Shown here in pieces: positions 49,112-60,682 of a stretch of 64,000 nt of DNA. The first letter of the stretch is position 1. Each line of letters opens with the position of its first letter. A program made the position numbers and the translations under genes. Source of the stretch: Williopsis jadinii (Eukaryota); contig AP024667.1 of assembly GCA_024346625.1 (NCBI GenBank), positions 372,001 through 436,000 on the forward strand, in the 5' to 3' direction. The notes beneath the pieces were generated by a model. The model saw nothing but the letters and a program-made list of their open reading frames with translations. It did not search any database and was not told the origin of the DNA.

Positions 49112-49981
49112 ATGTCCAAGACACTGAAACTAGCGCTGCTGCAACTGAAGACTTCTCCCGTGAAGCGTGAGAACTTCTTGCACGCCGAGAGGCTACTACG
49201 CCAAACAGTTGATGAACACGGGCCAGTGGATATGGTTATGCTCCCAGAGTGCTTTAACTGTCCATACAGTATAAAGCTGTTCAGGAAATACTGCGAGAGC
49301 ATCCCTGATGGTGAGACGACGCGGTTCTTATCACAGTTCGCATCAGATAACAAGGTTACACTGGTTGGTGGCTCGTACCCTGAGGTTGACGGTTCCACAG
49401 ACTCAATATACAACACATCTGTTGTGTTCAGCCCAGAAGGGACCATAGTGGCCAAGTATAGAAAGACACACCTGTTCGATGTTGACATCCCTGGGAAGAT
49501 CTCATTCCAGGAGAGTAGGATCCTTGGTGCTGGAGATCACAACACCGTTTTCCAAACGAAGTGGGGCAACGTGGGCCTTGCCATCTGCTACGATCTCAGG
49601 TTTCCAGAGGTGGCCAACGTCGCAACGAGACCGCCTTACAGCTCGTTCATGATGATGTATCCAGGTGCTTTCAACACAACAACGGGCCCCAAGCACTGGG
49701 AGTTACTAGCAAGGGCTCGTGCAGTTGACAATCAGTGCTTTGTCGCTGTATGCTCTTCTGCAAGGGACCTCGACGCCAAATACCATGCGTATGGACATTC
49801 ACTCGTGGTGGATCCATGGGGCAAAGTCATCGCCAGGGCGCACGAGGAAGAAGAAGCAGTTGTCGTTGAGATCGATACCTCGATGGTTGACAGCGTTAGA
49901 CAAAGCATTCCAACACAGACACAGAGAAGATTCGATCTATACGGGAATAGCTCTACGGGTGCCGTTGTCAAGGATAAATAG
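49112..49981 (+). CDS. NIT3: Nitrilase-superfamily omega-amidase
   Basis: Glu-Lys-Cys triad motifs LPECFN, YRKTHLFDVDIPG and ICYDLRFPE; YPGAFNTTTGPKHW. Confidence 0.88.
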   Translation: MSKTLKLALLQLKTSPVKRENFLHAERLLRQTVDEHGPVDMVMLPECFNCPYSIKLFRKYCESIPDGETTRFLSQFASDNKVTLVGGSYPEVDGSTDSIYNTSVVFSPEGTIVAKYRKTHLFDVDIPGKISFQESRILGAGDHNTVFQTKWGNVGLAICYDLRFPEVANVATRPPYSSFMMMYPGAFNTTTGPKHWELLARARAVDNQCFVAVCSSARDLDAKYHAYGHSLVVDPWGKVIARAHEEEEAVVVEIDTSMVDSVRQSIPTQTQRRFDLYGNSSTGAVVKDK

Positions 49982-50155
49982 AGCCCATTTTATTCATATA
50001 CTTGACGGTTCGTTGACTTCCTAAACAAGTAGTTCCAGATAAGATATCAGCATACGTGTGTCCCCTACTTATTTCAACAAGGCATGTGTTGTGCGATAAG
50101 GGGAAAAGTTCCCTTCTTTACCCACCAAATATCAAAGAGCACTAGCAGTACAACA

Positions 50156-51385
50156 ATGAGTGACAAATTCGCAATATTACCTTCTATAGGACTTTCTGGG
50201 ATCAGTAAGTTGTCTCTTTTTGTAGCGTTTAAACATTTATAATTGTGTTACTGACGATCGCTGCTTGTAGAACTCGGAATGTCATTGTATCACTTGTTAA
50301 GACAACTATCCTCGAAGTATAGGGTCACCATAGCCTACAATGATGAAGATGTATTTTATTACCTGATCATAACACAGCTGAACATACGCTTAACATTTGA
50401 CTTTGAGTGCCAACTGCTCCTGTTTATAGAGATTGTTGATCTTTCACGTGTCTCATTGACGTATCAGGACTATTCATTGAAGGATTACAGGTTTCAAACC
50501 GTGTATGATCACTATTTTGGACCTACTTATCCAGGAGAGTTGAAGAACTCTGTGTACACGTTGAACTACCCTGGACTATCGTTCCGATTTAACGTTGAAA
50601 AAACCAAGAAACTACAAGGAATCACCGATGCATCGGAACTGTTACGACAGGTAATGGCTACAAACCCGAAGGCAAGTTCCATTGCAATCCATCAGCTATC
50701 AAAATGGTCAGAGTTCAAGACGTATGGATTTAAAGCACAGACAGTAGATAGACTAGCGGTTGATGATATTGAGGTATCAGAGATAAGGATTAAAGGAATA
50801 CAACATGATGAAGAAGGTCCCAACACTAGAGATGGCTTTGATCTCGATGTGCATTTCTTCAAGCATCCAAGGCTTGAGAATTTCAGCTTGGTTATCGACA
50901 GATCTTTGCAACAAGATGTGCTTGCTGAGCTGGGCCCTCCAGATGAGGTGTTTTTAAAGAACGATTCAAGATCTTCAATCCACGGGAGAAGTCCAGTTGA
51001 TGATAAGTCAAAGTGTGTTTTCCACAACTACTTCCGTTACGGATTTGACTTGTTATATACTATGACCAGATCTGGAGGGGTTCTGACAAAGGTTGTCCTT
51101 CACGGAAATTTGCCAGAGAGTGTCCTATTTGGTAAGTACCGAAAATGCAACTGGCGTTGTAAGAGATTTCAAGACGAAGAGCTTGCACAAACCGAGGCCG
51201 ATTTAGCAAACGAAGAGGTTGTCATCAACAGAAGTGAATTGTTGGGAAACAGTATGGAACTCATCGATGGTAACTGGGAGAAGAACGAGAATGAGATTGA
51301 ATGGGGTAAGAGCGTCGTCTTCACGTATAACGACCACGTTGTTGAATACGTCCATGGTCGGATAAACGCTATAACACTGTTTTAG
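50156..51385 (+). CDS. UPF0183/PHAF1 (C16orf70)-like protein, spliced
   Basis: Exon 1 50156-50204, intron 50205-50270 (GTAAGT, TACTGAC at 50249, TAG), exon 2 in frame, giving MSDKFAILPSIGLSGIKLGMSLY. Motifs FGPTYPG, LNYPGLSF, QDVLAELGPP, FHNYFRYGFDLL and KVVLHGNLP. Confidence 0.8.
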
Positions 51386-51487
51386 ATGCCAATATTGTTC
51401 TTCTTCGCTACACAGTAAAGTCAAATCCAGAAGAATAATAGTTCATGTCATTTCTCATGGGAGTCGCACATTGTAAGTCCATAGCCA

Positions 51488-51955
51488 TCAATAGTACGAT
51501 CTCCTGTCCCAAACTTCATCTTGGATGAAGCTGGCTAGCACCTTGGATCCTGTCTGTAGAAGAGGATGTCCTGCAACGGCCTGGATGAACTTCTCCAAGC
51601 CCGCCCTTCTAGTTTCAATCACTTCGTCGCTGAACCTGTTTGTAAATACCTTACCGGGAAGACTTGGTATCACCACCCTTGAGGACTCCATCTCCAACAG
51701 CGATTTGAACGTTTCAAAGTCCGAATAACGACGGCGCACAGAGGATTCACGTAGTCTAAACGCGGGTAAGTTGGTCTTACACACGATTTCGTAATCTGTA
51801 AACATCTTATTCCCATACCCATGGGTACGAGGGTTTACAACCTCGATCTCCAGAAAGTTCTCCGGCTCCCCGTACAGTTCGTCGAATGATTGGCCCTTGT
51901 TGTGGCCATTGGCCAGCGACTCGCTCACTTCCGAGCTGAAAGATTTGAAAGTCAT
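51488..51955 (-). CDS. SNX3: Sorting nexin 3 (PX domain)
   Basis: [25 protein letters not shown] and [11 protein letters not shown]. Confidence 0.96.
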   Translation of the reverse strand: MTFKSFSSEVSESLANGHNKGQSFDELYGEPENFLEIEVVNPRTHGYGNKMFTDYEIVCKTNLPAFRLRESSVRRRYSDFETFKSLLEMESSRVVIPSLPGKVFTNRFSDEVIETRRAGLEKFIQAVAGHPLLQTGSKVLASFIQDEVWDRRSYY

Positions 51956-52207
51956 TTTGGAATGCGCTGTTTGTTGTCGTCAACAATTTGACCTTTTTCG
52001 GCAACAAAGTTGTCCTGTTGATAATTTTAAACCACAAAAACGATCTTGCTACGCCTCCAAGACAGCGCACACCCGGACACCCCTTTGTTTGTTGTTGTTT
52101 TTGACGTTGTGGGTTTTCCCGTAAATTTTTGCATCAACTTTGACACCCAAAGCGGGTGGGAACGCCGAGGTTAAACCAGTGGAAGGCAACTTTGAGGGCA
52201 TTAAGAG

Positions 52208-52969
52208 ATGGACAATAACATTGACGCGAACTACGAATATCTCCAGGAGCAGCAGATGATGCTGGAAGAGCCTCAGGAGCAGGCGGCAGAAGGAGATGAT
52301 GTGGAGTCACTGTCGCAGACACAAGGCGAGGAAGCTATAGACGATGACGACCAAGGTATGATGGGGGATTCTGTGTTTGCCAATGTTGGCCAAGGTCTGG
52401 AGGGTAATTATCGTAACATGATGATGGCTTACTGGCAGGAGACCATCAACAGTATCGAGCACGAGGATCATGACTTCAGGAACCATCAGCTGCCGCTTGC
52501 AAGAATCAAAAAAGTTATGAAGACAGACGAAGAGGTACGGATGATCAGTGCGGAGGCTCCCATTCTGTTTGCCAAAGGATGCGATATCTTCATCACCGAG
52601 CTGACGATGCGTGCTTGGATACACGCAGAGGAGAACAAAAGACGCACGCTGCAACGGAGTGACATTGCAGCGGCACTACAGAAGAGTGATATGTTTGACT
52701 TTCTAATCGATATTGTTCCCAGAGAGGAACCGCAATCGACTGCTCAGTCGTCGTATCAGAAAAAGAATAACTCTGTATCAGGGTCAGTATCAGCAGCAGC
52801 TTCGTCGTCGCAGTATTATGAAAGCGAGAGACCACAAGAATACCATCAACATTACAATTATGAACAACATACTCAACAACACCAGCAGCAAGGACAAGAA
52901 CAGCAGCAGCGGTCACAGGAGCAACAACAGCAGCCACAACAACATCAACAACTACAACACCAATCTTAG
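52208..52969 (+). CDS. HAP5: CCAAT-binding factor subunit NF-YC
   Basis: HQLPLARIKKVMKTDEEVRMISAEAPILFAKGC...DMFDFLIDIVPR histone fold. Confidence 0.97.
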   Translation: MDNNIDANYEYLQEQQMMLEEPQEQAAEGDDVESLSQTQGEEAIDDDDQGMMGDSVFANVGQGLEGNYRNMMMAYWQETINSIEHEDHDFRNHQLPLARIKKVMKTDEEVRMISAEAPILFAKGCDIFITELTMRAWIHAEENKRRTLQRSDIAAALQKSDMFDFLIDIVPREEPQSTAQSSYQKKNNSVSGSVSAAASSSQYYESERPQEYHQHYNYEQHTQQHQQQGQEQQQRSQEQQQQPQQHQQLQHQS

Positions 52970-53065
52970 TAACTCCATCAACAAACTCGGACATACAACT
53001 AGAGATCTACAAAACAGGAACGTATGTATGTGTTTTATTATTATGTACTATATAAGTAATGTGAT

Positions 53066-53779
53066 TCATGACTTGTTCTCAGCGTAGAAGAAGTTAATAG
53101 CCCAAGGTTCCAGAGAGTACTCCTTTGCATATTTAAAGATGCCTGTTGCTGGCGTTCCATATCCCCAATTTGGACGATCTGCTGGAGGCTTTGGCTCAAC
53201 ACCTTTGGCCTGCTTGAACAGGATGAAGACATATCTGTGCTTTCCTGTCCCCTTTGGAGGCCCAGGACCCATGTACTCCAAGATCTCCTTCCCCTGAGAG
53301 CCGAGATCCAGCTCTGCAACAAATGAGGAGCTTTCCCCCTCTGTTCTCTGCAGGGTGATCCCAGTGGTGATGAAGTGAGCATACTCAGACCACTTCTTAT
53401 CTGTTCTCGAAGGAGCATCGGGATCTGTGAGCACAAGCGTGAACAGAGAACCCTCGGCTTCATCCAGTGCATTCACTTCGTCCTTATCAACGTTGGCCAA
53501 AAACTGAAACTGTGGCTTCTTCTGAGTGTCTGCAACCGCCAATGTGTTCCCGAGAGTCACCTCGTTGTCACCACCAAAACTCACTTGTAGTAAACCTTTG
53601 ACGTTGAATTGTGGCAGCACGTCTTCGAAAACCTCATTGGACTTCAAGGACTCCACAATGGAGTTGTTAATGGTTAGCAATGGTCTCAATGGCATGATTC
53701 GATGTTCGTTGAAAGCTGGATGTCTGAAGCGTGTTACTCTCGTCAATGGTCTCAAGATTGAACTCTTCACAAATGACAT
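53066..53779 (-). CDS. TFS1: PEBP-family protein (carboxypeptidase Y inhibitor Tfs1-like)
   Basis: FTLVLTDPDAPSR, YMGPGPPKGTGKHRYVF and DRPNWGYG. Second in-frame ATG at 53695. Confidence 0.9.
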   Translation of the reverse strand: MSFVKSSILRPLTRVTRFRHPAFNEHRIMPLRPLLTINNSIVESLKSNEVFEDVLPQFNVKGLLQVSFGGDNEVTLGNTLAVADTQKKPQFQFLANVDKDEVNALDEAEGSLFTLVLTDPDAPSRTDKKWSEYAHFITTGITLQRTEGESSSFVAELDLGSQGKEILEYMGPGPPKGTGKHRYVFILFKQAKGVEPKPPADRPNWGYGTPATGIFKYAKEYSLEPWAINFFYAENKS

Positions 53780-54093
53780 CCGATGAACTGCTCAGAAGTT
53801 GAACCAGATAACAAAATAGCAAACCAGAGGCCCCTCAAAAAAAGGGGGATGGTGTAACAAAAAAGGTGGTTAGAAATGAGTTACACACCCCGTATAGAAG
53901 TGTGATACGGAGGAAACCCCCAAATAGGCAATTACCGTATATGGCACTTTTCGCGGGGTCACATAACGCCGAGGAGTCATAGTCATAAAGCATGGGGGGC
54001 ATTTACATTGTTCCCATTTCCACTTCCAAATACACTATCCTCAGCTTGTTATAACAGTTGTGTGCGCTATCACTGCTTAGGAATCGTCCAAGA

Positions 54094-55692
54094 ATGGCCC
54101 CACTAGATCCAGAACTCAACACCTTCATCACTTCGATCCACCTCTCACACGCTGAGGCTGTCAGGGTACCAAACACTGATATATCCGTGTCGTATGCCCA
54201 CTTGGCACACATCACGGGCCATATCCAGAGTCTGTTCACCTCTCCAAGCTCCCCGTTGTACGATGCGAAACGTGGTGATGCTGTGGCAATCTCGTTGCCG
54301 AACTCGTTGGAGCTGGTTGCCTTCTTCTTGGGTATCACTAACGCTGCGAGAGTCGCAGCCCCCTTGAACCCGAACTACAAGAAGGACGAGTTCGACTTCT
54401 ACTTTGGCGACCTGAAGGCCAAAGCGGTTGTTGTTCCAAGGGGAACCCATAACAACAGAGACTCACCATTGGTGCTATCTGCAAAGGACAACAAGGTGTT
54501 GCTCTTGGAAGCATGGTGGAACTCGCAGAGACAGAGAATTGAGTATGCTGTCTATGACCATTCATCGAATCGTCCTCTCTACGAGTCTGAAAACTTCCCA
54601 GTCTTTGTCAACAACTTGACCAGATTCCCTGGAATTGCTGCACCAGATGACGTTGCCATGATTCTGCACACATCTGGAACCACTGGTCGTCCGAAGACAG
54701 TGCCACTTACACACGCAAACATCTCACGTTCCATGACCAACATTGTCAATACGTACCATTTGACTCGTGACGACCGTACGTACGTTGTTATGCCCTTGTT
54801 CCATGTCCATGGGCTGATCGGTGCTCTGCTCAGTACCTTCAAGTCTGGTGGTTGTAACATCATTCCTCCAAAGTTCAGCGCAACCCACTTCTGGAACGAT
54901 TTCATCACTGAGAGGGCTACCTGGTACTCTGCTGTTCCAACTATTCATTCCATCTTGCTAAACACTGAACCACCAAAGCAATTCCCAAAGATTAGATTTA
55001 TTAGATCATGCTCTTCTGCCCTCGCACCAGCTACTTTCCACAAGCTAGAGGAGTTTATGAAGGCACCTGTTCTCGAAGCATACGCAATGACAGAGGCATC
55101 GCACCAAATGTGCTCCAACCCATACCCTCCTTTGAAGCGTAAGCCAGGTACCGTTGGTCCTGGCCAAGGTGTTGATGTTGTTATCCTGGATGAGGCTGGT
55201 CACGTCTTGCCACAAGGCTCCATTGGTGAAGTTTCCATCAGAGGAGCAAACGTCACAAAGGGATACGCCAACAATGCAAAGGCCAATGCTGAGTCTTTTA
55301 CCCAGGAAGGCTATTTCAGAACCGGTGATCAAGGGTTCATCGATGAGGATGGTTACATCAACTTGACTGGTCGTTTGAAAGAGTTGATCAACCGTGGTGG
55401 TGAAAAGATCTCACCAATTGAGTTAGATTCCATCATGCTTTCCCACCCAAAGGTCAAGGAATGCGTTGCATTTGGTGTCAGTGATGACCACTATGGTCAG
55501 ATTGTCCAAGCTGCTGTTGTCGCTACAGGTGGATTGAACGCGGAGGAGCTGAAAGAGTTCATGAAGACCAAAGTGGCTGCTTTCAAGATCCCTGTCAAGT
55601 TCTACTTTGTTGACAAGATTCCAAAGACAGCTACCGGTAAGATCCAGAGACGTAAGATGGAGGACATCTTTGCTTCCAAGTCGAAGTTGTGA
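54094..55692 (+). CDS. PCS60: Peroxisomal oxalyl-CoA/acyl-CoA synthetase
   Basis: LHTSGTTGRPK AMP-binding loop, EAYAMTEASH, FRTGDQG and a C-terminal SKL (PTS1). Confidence 0.93.
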   Translation: MAPLDPELNTFITSIHLSHAEAVRVPNTDISVSYAHLAHITGHIQSLFTSPSSPLYDAKRGDAVAISLPNSLELVAFFLGITNAARVAAPLNPNYKKDEFDFYFGDLKAKAVVVPRGTHNNRDSPLVLSAKDNKVLLLEAWWNSQRQRIEYAVYDHSSNRPLYESENFPVFVNNLTRFPGIAAPDDVAMILHTSGTTGRPKTVPLTHANISRSMTNIVNTYHLTRDDRTYVVMPLFHVHGLIGALLSTFKSGGCNIIPPKFSATHFWNDFITERATWYSAVPTIHSILLNTEPPKQFPKIRFIRSCSSALAPATFHKLEEFMKAPVLEAYAMTEASHQMCSNPYPPLKRKPGTVGPGQGVDVVILDEAGHVLPQGSIGEVSIRGANVTKGYANNAKANAESFTQEGYFRTGDQGFIDEDGYINLTGRLKELINRGGEKISPIELDSIMLSHPKVKECVAFGVSDDHYGQIVQAAVVATGGLNAEELKEFMKTKVAAFKIPVKFYFVDKIPKTATGKIQRRKMEDIFASKSKL

Positions 55693-55835
55693 TCTTTTTG
55701 ATCTCTTTCCATAATAGCGTATATTCCTGATAATATAACACAATAGTTAAGAGTTATAACTTACAGTCCTTTCTTTCTCTTTTAAATCTATGTCATTAAT
55801 AGTCATTATGAGGGCTTTATAAATATGTACAGACT

Positions 55836-57188
55836 TCATTTCTCCTTCTCATCTATGAGCCATTTCCAGACGACTTCACGTTTCGCAGGATCAGCTTTTC
55901 TTTGCTTGTTGAACCACCACCAACTATGACTGAACCACTTCGAATTGTTGGCCAACTTTGCCTTACCAAGCTTGTTGTTCAACTTCTCACCTGGACTCAT
56001 CAACGTCAATTTCTGAACACCTCTTAATGTCTTGAAGTTCATCGACGTGATAGCCAAGGCCATAACAGTTGAGAGTCCAATAACAGCTGCAAACCCCAAA
56101 TTGGATTCTTCTATAAAGTTCTTCAAGTTCATTCCGTAGAATGCTGGAAGTAATGTAGCGACTGTGAATCCTAATGTGTATATTGTAACCTTTAATTCAA
56201 AAAGCATAAGTGAGTTTCTGTTCGCATCTAAGATGATATTGACAATCTCCTCTGTACTCTTGATATCACTCAAGAGCGATTCAGATTGTTGAACGAATTC
56301 ATCGCACTGCTTGTAATAAGCCTCCAAGAGCATCTCAACCTCACCAAAGTCACCACTTTCCTCTCTGGACGTCGATTCGAGCTTATCCGTGAGGTACATC
56401 CCCAGGAGATCATCATCATTGTCTAACAATTCATCCAAGACGTTTCTGATAAGGAGGGACTTTTGGTAGAATGCTTGGAGTGCTTTACTCTTGATCAGAA
56501 GATCTCTCAGTTTATCTCTGTCTAGCTGGTCTTCCAATTCAGCCAGTATCAGTCCACAACTCTTGAGATGGTGCTGCAGTTCCGTTTCCAGACACGACAT
56601 GACGTTAATTAGGATGCTCTCGAGTGCCTTGTGTTCATACTGCTGGATCCAATCGTGACTATGCGAGCTCAACTTCGATTCAAGATCATAGACAAAGAGT
56701 CCCAGCTTTGACGCAGCACTGTTGTCTGAGGTGTCAAAAATCATCACGCTATCAGCCCGCACGAGTGCCTTGATATGCAACAAATTCACAAGAATACAGT
56801 TGTCCCTCACCACTATGGAAGGTATGACGTCTATTGCCGACGTATCAATCTTACGCAGATCTCTCGGGTACAGCCCATGGTCTTGTAAGAATTGCATCTT
56901 TGGAAAGTGTTTTGAGACCGCAGTCACGTTTCCATTTATGTCAAACACTGTACAACTGACGTAAGAGTCGTTTGGCGTTATGGGCTTAACGATCTTCGTA
57001 AGATCGGGCATAGCTGATGATATCTGATAATCAACAGCAACGCTGGACGGAGGAGCAATCAGCGGTGTTTTCTTCGAAATCGACCTGGTAAAGCGGTACG
57101 AAGCAGCGCCAAACCCCGGTTCTTTCAGCCTCAGCAGTGGAGCCATGAAATCTCTCCTTAGAACACATCGTGAAGACCTCAAAAACAT
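55836..57188 (-). CDS. MRS2: Mitochondrial CorA-family Mg2+ channel
   Basis: Presequence, LYPRDLRKID, LDANRNSLM and YGMNL. Puf3-like TGTACATA just after the stop (55831-55824). Confidence 0.88.
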   Translation of the reverse strand: MFLRSSRCVLRRDFMAPLLRLKEPGFGAASYRFTRSISKKTPLIAPPSSVAVDYQISSAMPDLTKIVKPITPNDSYVSCTVFDINGNVTAVSKHFPKMQFLQDHGLYPRDLRKIDTSAIDVIPSIVVRDNCILVNLLHIKALVRADSVMIFDTSDNSAASKLGLFVYDLESKLSSHSHDWIQQYEHKALESILINVMSCLETELQHHLKSCGLILAELEDQLDRDKLRDLLIKSKALQAFYQKSLLIRNVLDELLDNDDDLLGMYLTDKLESTSREESGDFGEVEMLLEAYYKQCDEFVQQSESLLSDIKSTEEIVNIILDANRNSLMLFELKVTIYTLGFTVATLLPAFYGMNLKNFIEESNLGFAAVIGLSTVMALAITSMNFKTLRGVQKLTLMSPGEKLNNKLGKAKLANNSKWFSHSWWWFNKQRKADPAKREVVWKWLIDEKEK

Positions 57189-57871
57189 CGTTTGGAGACC
57201 AATAGCGTAGCAACCACTGAGCCCTTGCCTTTGGAACTAAAGTTGGTGAAGCATCAACAAGCGGAGCTATAAATTTTGTGCCGAGGGCAGTTCCGCAACC
57301 ATCGACCCTCGGATCTCCCGCCACTCATTCCGACCTACCCAACCCTCGGATCTCCACTTTCCCCCACCGCTTACCTCCACCATCCTCCTTTTTCCACTTT
57401 TCTCGTTTTAGTGTCCCACAGCTTGTTTCCACTGTTCACACAGCGCGCAACGTTGCAGAAGTTGAAGAAGTTTCCCCGAACAAGCTGCGCGCGCGATAAA
57501 TTTCTAGGGAAAAACCCCAGCGCAGCTCTGCAAAAGACCAAAAACCACACAAAAAAACATAACATCTTCTTCGTTCACCAGGGTAACGGCTGCTAATCGA
57601 GTGCTCGGGAAAGGGAGACATCGACATCATAGACGAGGTAGCATAGGAAGCAAACTTTCCGAACACACCTTCATTTGTACCAGCCTTCGTGCAATTGGAT
57701 AAAGAGAAAGAAGGTCTTCCGTACACGTGACGATAGCTGCTTTTTTCGTTTTCCCTGTCTTTGTTTAGGAGAGAGGGCCTTTATCAAGAAAGGAGAACAA
57801 CAAAACAGCGCTGGAACGCAACGGGCGGTACGCGTTAGAGGCAGAGATATACACGGCGGTTGCGAGGTCAG

Positions 57872-60682
57872 ATGAGTTTAGGAGCAGCAGCAGCTGCCCA
57901 GGCATCGACACCTGCGATGAGAGGCGGTATCCTGCTGGATGGGTATGATGCGCGTATAGTGGAATTCCAATGCGGTATGAGGAAGCTCCAGGTGTTGCAG
58001 ACCCATTTGAGGGCGCTTGCGATCAAGGTGAAGGCCGGTAAGGGAGAGTCGGTACCGCTGATTCATTATATCGTCACGCTTGCGACTGGTGCGACACAGG
58101 TGAATGACCAACTGAGGAAGAGACTTGAGTCTGTGAATAGACTGGAATGCCTAAGGGATCGCAGAAAGCTCGTGCCACACGTGAACACATCTCCGGTTAG
58201 CGTTGATTTAGAGGACTCTTCTGAGCCGGTGTGTCAGTACACGTCCGATGCAGACTATGTGCAGCTATTGGATGATCTCACATTGATTGCTGAGAATGGT
58301 GTTGCCATATACCAGGAGAAGTTGAAGCAGTCTCTCACGGAAAGGGACGTTGCCAGAAAACCAGATGCGACGCATAGACCTATACCTTTGGATTTTTCAA
58401 GTTTTGCTGATGTCATCGAACCCTTAGAAGTGATGACATTGAGTCAATTTGTCAGAGGTGCTGAGGAAACCGGTATTCAAAAGCTGAAGTCTACCCGAGC
58501 GTTTCTCGATGCTGTTGAGAAAACGACCAAAAACATCGGGTCATATGTGGATGTGGTGGTAAAGACCAAGGCAAAGCTCACCGAGGCTAGCATACAAAGG
58601 CTTCCATCCTGGGCTTACACCCTCCATAGAATCGTCGCTTCAATTTTCAAGTTATCAGAACTCTACGCCATCTTGAGAAGATTTGGAAGAGAATTATACA
58701 TCCCTAGAAAACAGGACTTCCACTCGGCAAAGCTGCTACATAAGAACACCAAGTGGCAGAATATTCTTAATGAATGTGAAGAGTATCTTGTCAACTCAAA
58801 GAAGAACGAACTTATGCTTTTGGTCCTGTCTAAGGTTACCCGTTCAGGATCACAGTTCCCCATGAAAGCTAGCACCATACAGGAGATGATTCCTCCTCTA
58901 AATCACTCGTACAATTTGGTGATTAAATTGATATCGGTTCTTCGTGATCTTCTTAAAGGCTGGGAAGAAGTTGGGTTCAGTGAGCAGCCAACACAGCTGA
59001 AAGCTGGTACCGGTAAAAAACTCACTGTGTTGTTCAAACCCGATAAGGGGAAACAGCCAAAGGAAATCACCGCTGCACAGCAGCGTGATAAAGAACGTGC
59101 TTTCACTATCGAGAGGAACAATCAGCAAGGCACTTCAACGAAGGTTAGAGCAGGTTCTTTGACCACAGCTACTACAAACCAGCTTGTTCGTTCTGCTAGT
59201 GTTGCTGCAACTCGAGCCCGTGCAGGAAGCAACCCACCAATCATGTGTACTTCGCCATTCAGCACAACAACACGGTCCCGGTCTGGCAGTAATGCTTCTG
59301 TTGCATCTTCATCAAGCACATCTTCGCAGTTGAACAGTCTGAGAGAGAATTGTACAACTGCTTCAAGATCTACTCAAGAGTCACCGACGGTTCTATCGAG
59401 AACTCCATCAAACCAACGTCGTGCTAGACCACAGTCAGTATACTCGAACGCGGCATTTGATATTAGAACACAGTTAAGAAGGCAAGAGAAGCTGAAGACC
59501 AATACACCTTCACCGCCAACGGAATCCCCAAAGCCCAATGGTAGTGCTACACGGTTGAAAAGATCCTCTTCTTTACAACAGCCACCAAACTCTATCAGAA
59601 AAGCTACTATGGTGAACGCAGCAGCAGCAGGTGCATTGTTGAGTCAAACGGAGAAGCAGACCACCGTTTTGAGACATTCTTCACTAAAGAGTCCAGCTGA
59701 ATTGGCCAAATCTAAGAATAGTTCCCCAGAAAACAGACAACCAAGCCCACCAAAACATAGATCAACAGCCAATGGTACACAGAGAATTCTTCCCACTGAT
59801 CAGATGAAGACTGTTGCGGAATCCAATGATGTACCTAATTTGTCTGAGCTGAAGATTAGCTCATCAACAAGATCAGATACGAACACTTCATCAAGAGGAA
59901 GTTCTAATTCAACACCAAAAGTGACCCCAAAGGCCTCACAGAAAGTTAGAACAGTCATTTCGCCTAAAGCCACATCTAAGCCAACGCCTAAGGTGATCTC
60001 AAGAACAACTCAAAAGGAAACACCGGAGTCGACTTCAAACTCAACACCAACAGTACTTTCACCTCCTAAATCCCCTGAGCTGACACCGGCAACTGTTATC
60101 ATGAAGAGGGATGATTCTACAGATAGCAGTGGTTCAATTCAGCCAACTCCAGAGACATTGTCTCCTACAGTTACTAATGAGGATTATGATATTACTCCAA
60201 CAAAGTCCAACTCGAAGATTGATTTTTACCCCGATTTGATGCCCTTGAAACCTTCTGAATCACCATCTGCAAAGCCGATGAATAAATCTATACCTAGTGG
60301 TGAGGCATCTAGTACACCCGAACTGGTTGAGAGCAGCACTGCCTCAGAGTCGAGTCTTGAGGATGAACCACCTGAGCCAAAGAAAATTACTAAAAGAGTG
60401 AGGTTTATTGGTGTGCCACCTCTTTTACCTGAACCCAAACCAAAACGTAAAGGCTGGGCTCATCCACCAAGTACACTGAGTATTCAAAAAGCGAGAACCG
60501 GGTTGTCTGTTGCAGCAGCAGCTTTACAACAGGAGAGAATGGCATTTAGCAGAAGTAAACAAGGTGGATTTGGGGCTTTTGACAATTCAACCAACGCATC
60601 TGATCGTATGATGAACAGCATCACAGCTTCATCAAGTCAAAAGAGATGGAGGATTGGTGGTAAACTTCGTGATCGCTTCTAG
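57872..60682 (+). CDS. GIP4: Probable Glc7/PP1-interacting protein Gip4
   Basis: Helical N-terminal half, Ser/Thr-rich middle and C-terminal KRVRFIGVPP...PKPKRKGW, resembling the recalled Gip4 RVxF region. Confidence 0.7.
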   Translation: MSLGAAAAAQASTPAMRGGILLDGYDARIVEFQCGMRKLQVLQTHLRALAIKVKAGKGESVPLIHYIVTLATGATQVNDQLRKRLESVNRLECLRDRRKLVPHVNTSPVSVDLEDSSEPVCQYTSDADYVQLLDDLTLIAENGVAIYQEKLKQSLTERDVARKPDATHRPIPLDFSSFADVIEPLEVMTLSQFVRGAEETGIQKLKSTRAFLDAVEKTTKNIGSYVDVVVKTKAKLTEASIQRLPSWAYTLHRIVASIFKLSELYAILRRFGRELYIPRKQDFHSAKLLHKNTKWQNILNECEEYLVNSKKNELMLLVLSKVTRSGSQFPMKASTIQEMIPPLNHSYNLVIKLISVLRDLLKGWEEVGFSEQPTQLKAGTGKKLTVLFKPDKGKQPKEITAAQQRDKERAFTIERNNQQGTSTKVRAGSLTTATTNQLVRSASVAATRARAGSNPPIMCTSPFSTTTRSRSGSNASVASSSSTSSQLNSLRENCTTASRSTQESPTVLSRTPSNQRRARPQSVYSNAAFDIRTQLRRQEKLKTNTPSPPTESPKPNGSATRLKRSSSLQQPPNSIRKATMVNAAAAGALLSQTEKQTTVLRHSSLKSPAELAKSKNSSPENRQPSPPKHRSTANGTQRILPTDQMKTVAESNDVPNLSELKISSSTRSDTNTSSRGSSNSTPKVTPKASQKVRTVISPKATSKPTPKVISRTTQKETPESTSNSTPTVLSPPKSPELTPATVIMKRDDSTDSSGSIQPTPETLSPTVTNEDYDITPTKSNSKIDFYPDLMPLKPSESPSAKPMNKSIPSGEASSTPELVESSTASESSLEDEPPEPKKITKRVRFIGVPPLLPEPKPKRKGWAHPPSTLSIQKARTGLSVAAAALQQERMAFSRSKQGGFGAFDNSTNASDRMMNSITASSSQKRWRIGGKLRDRF

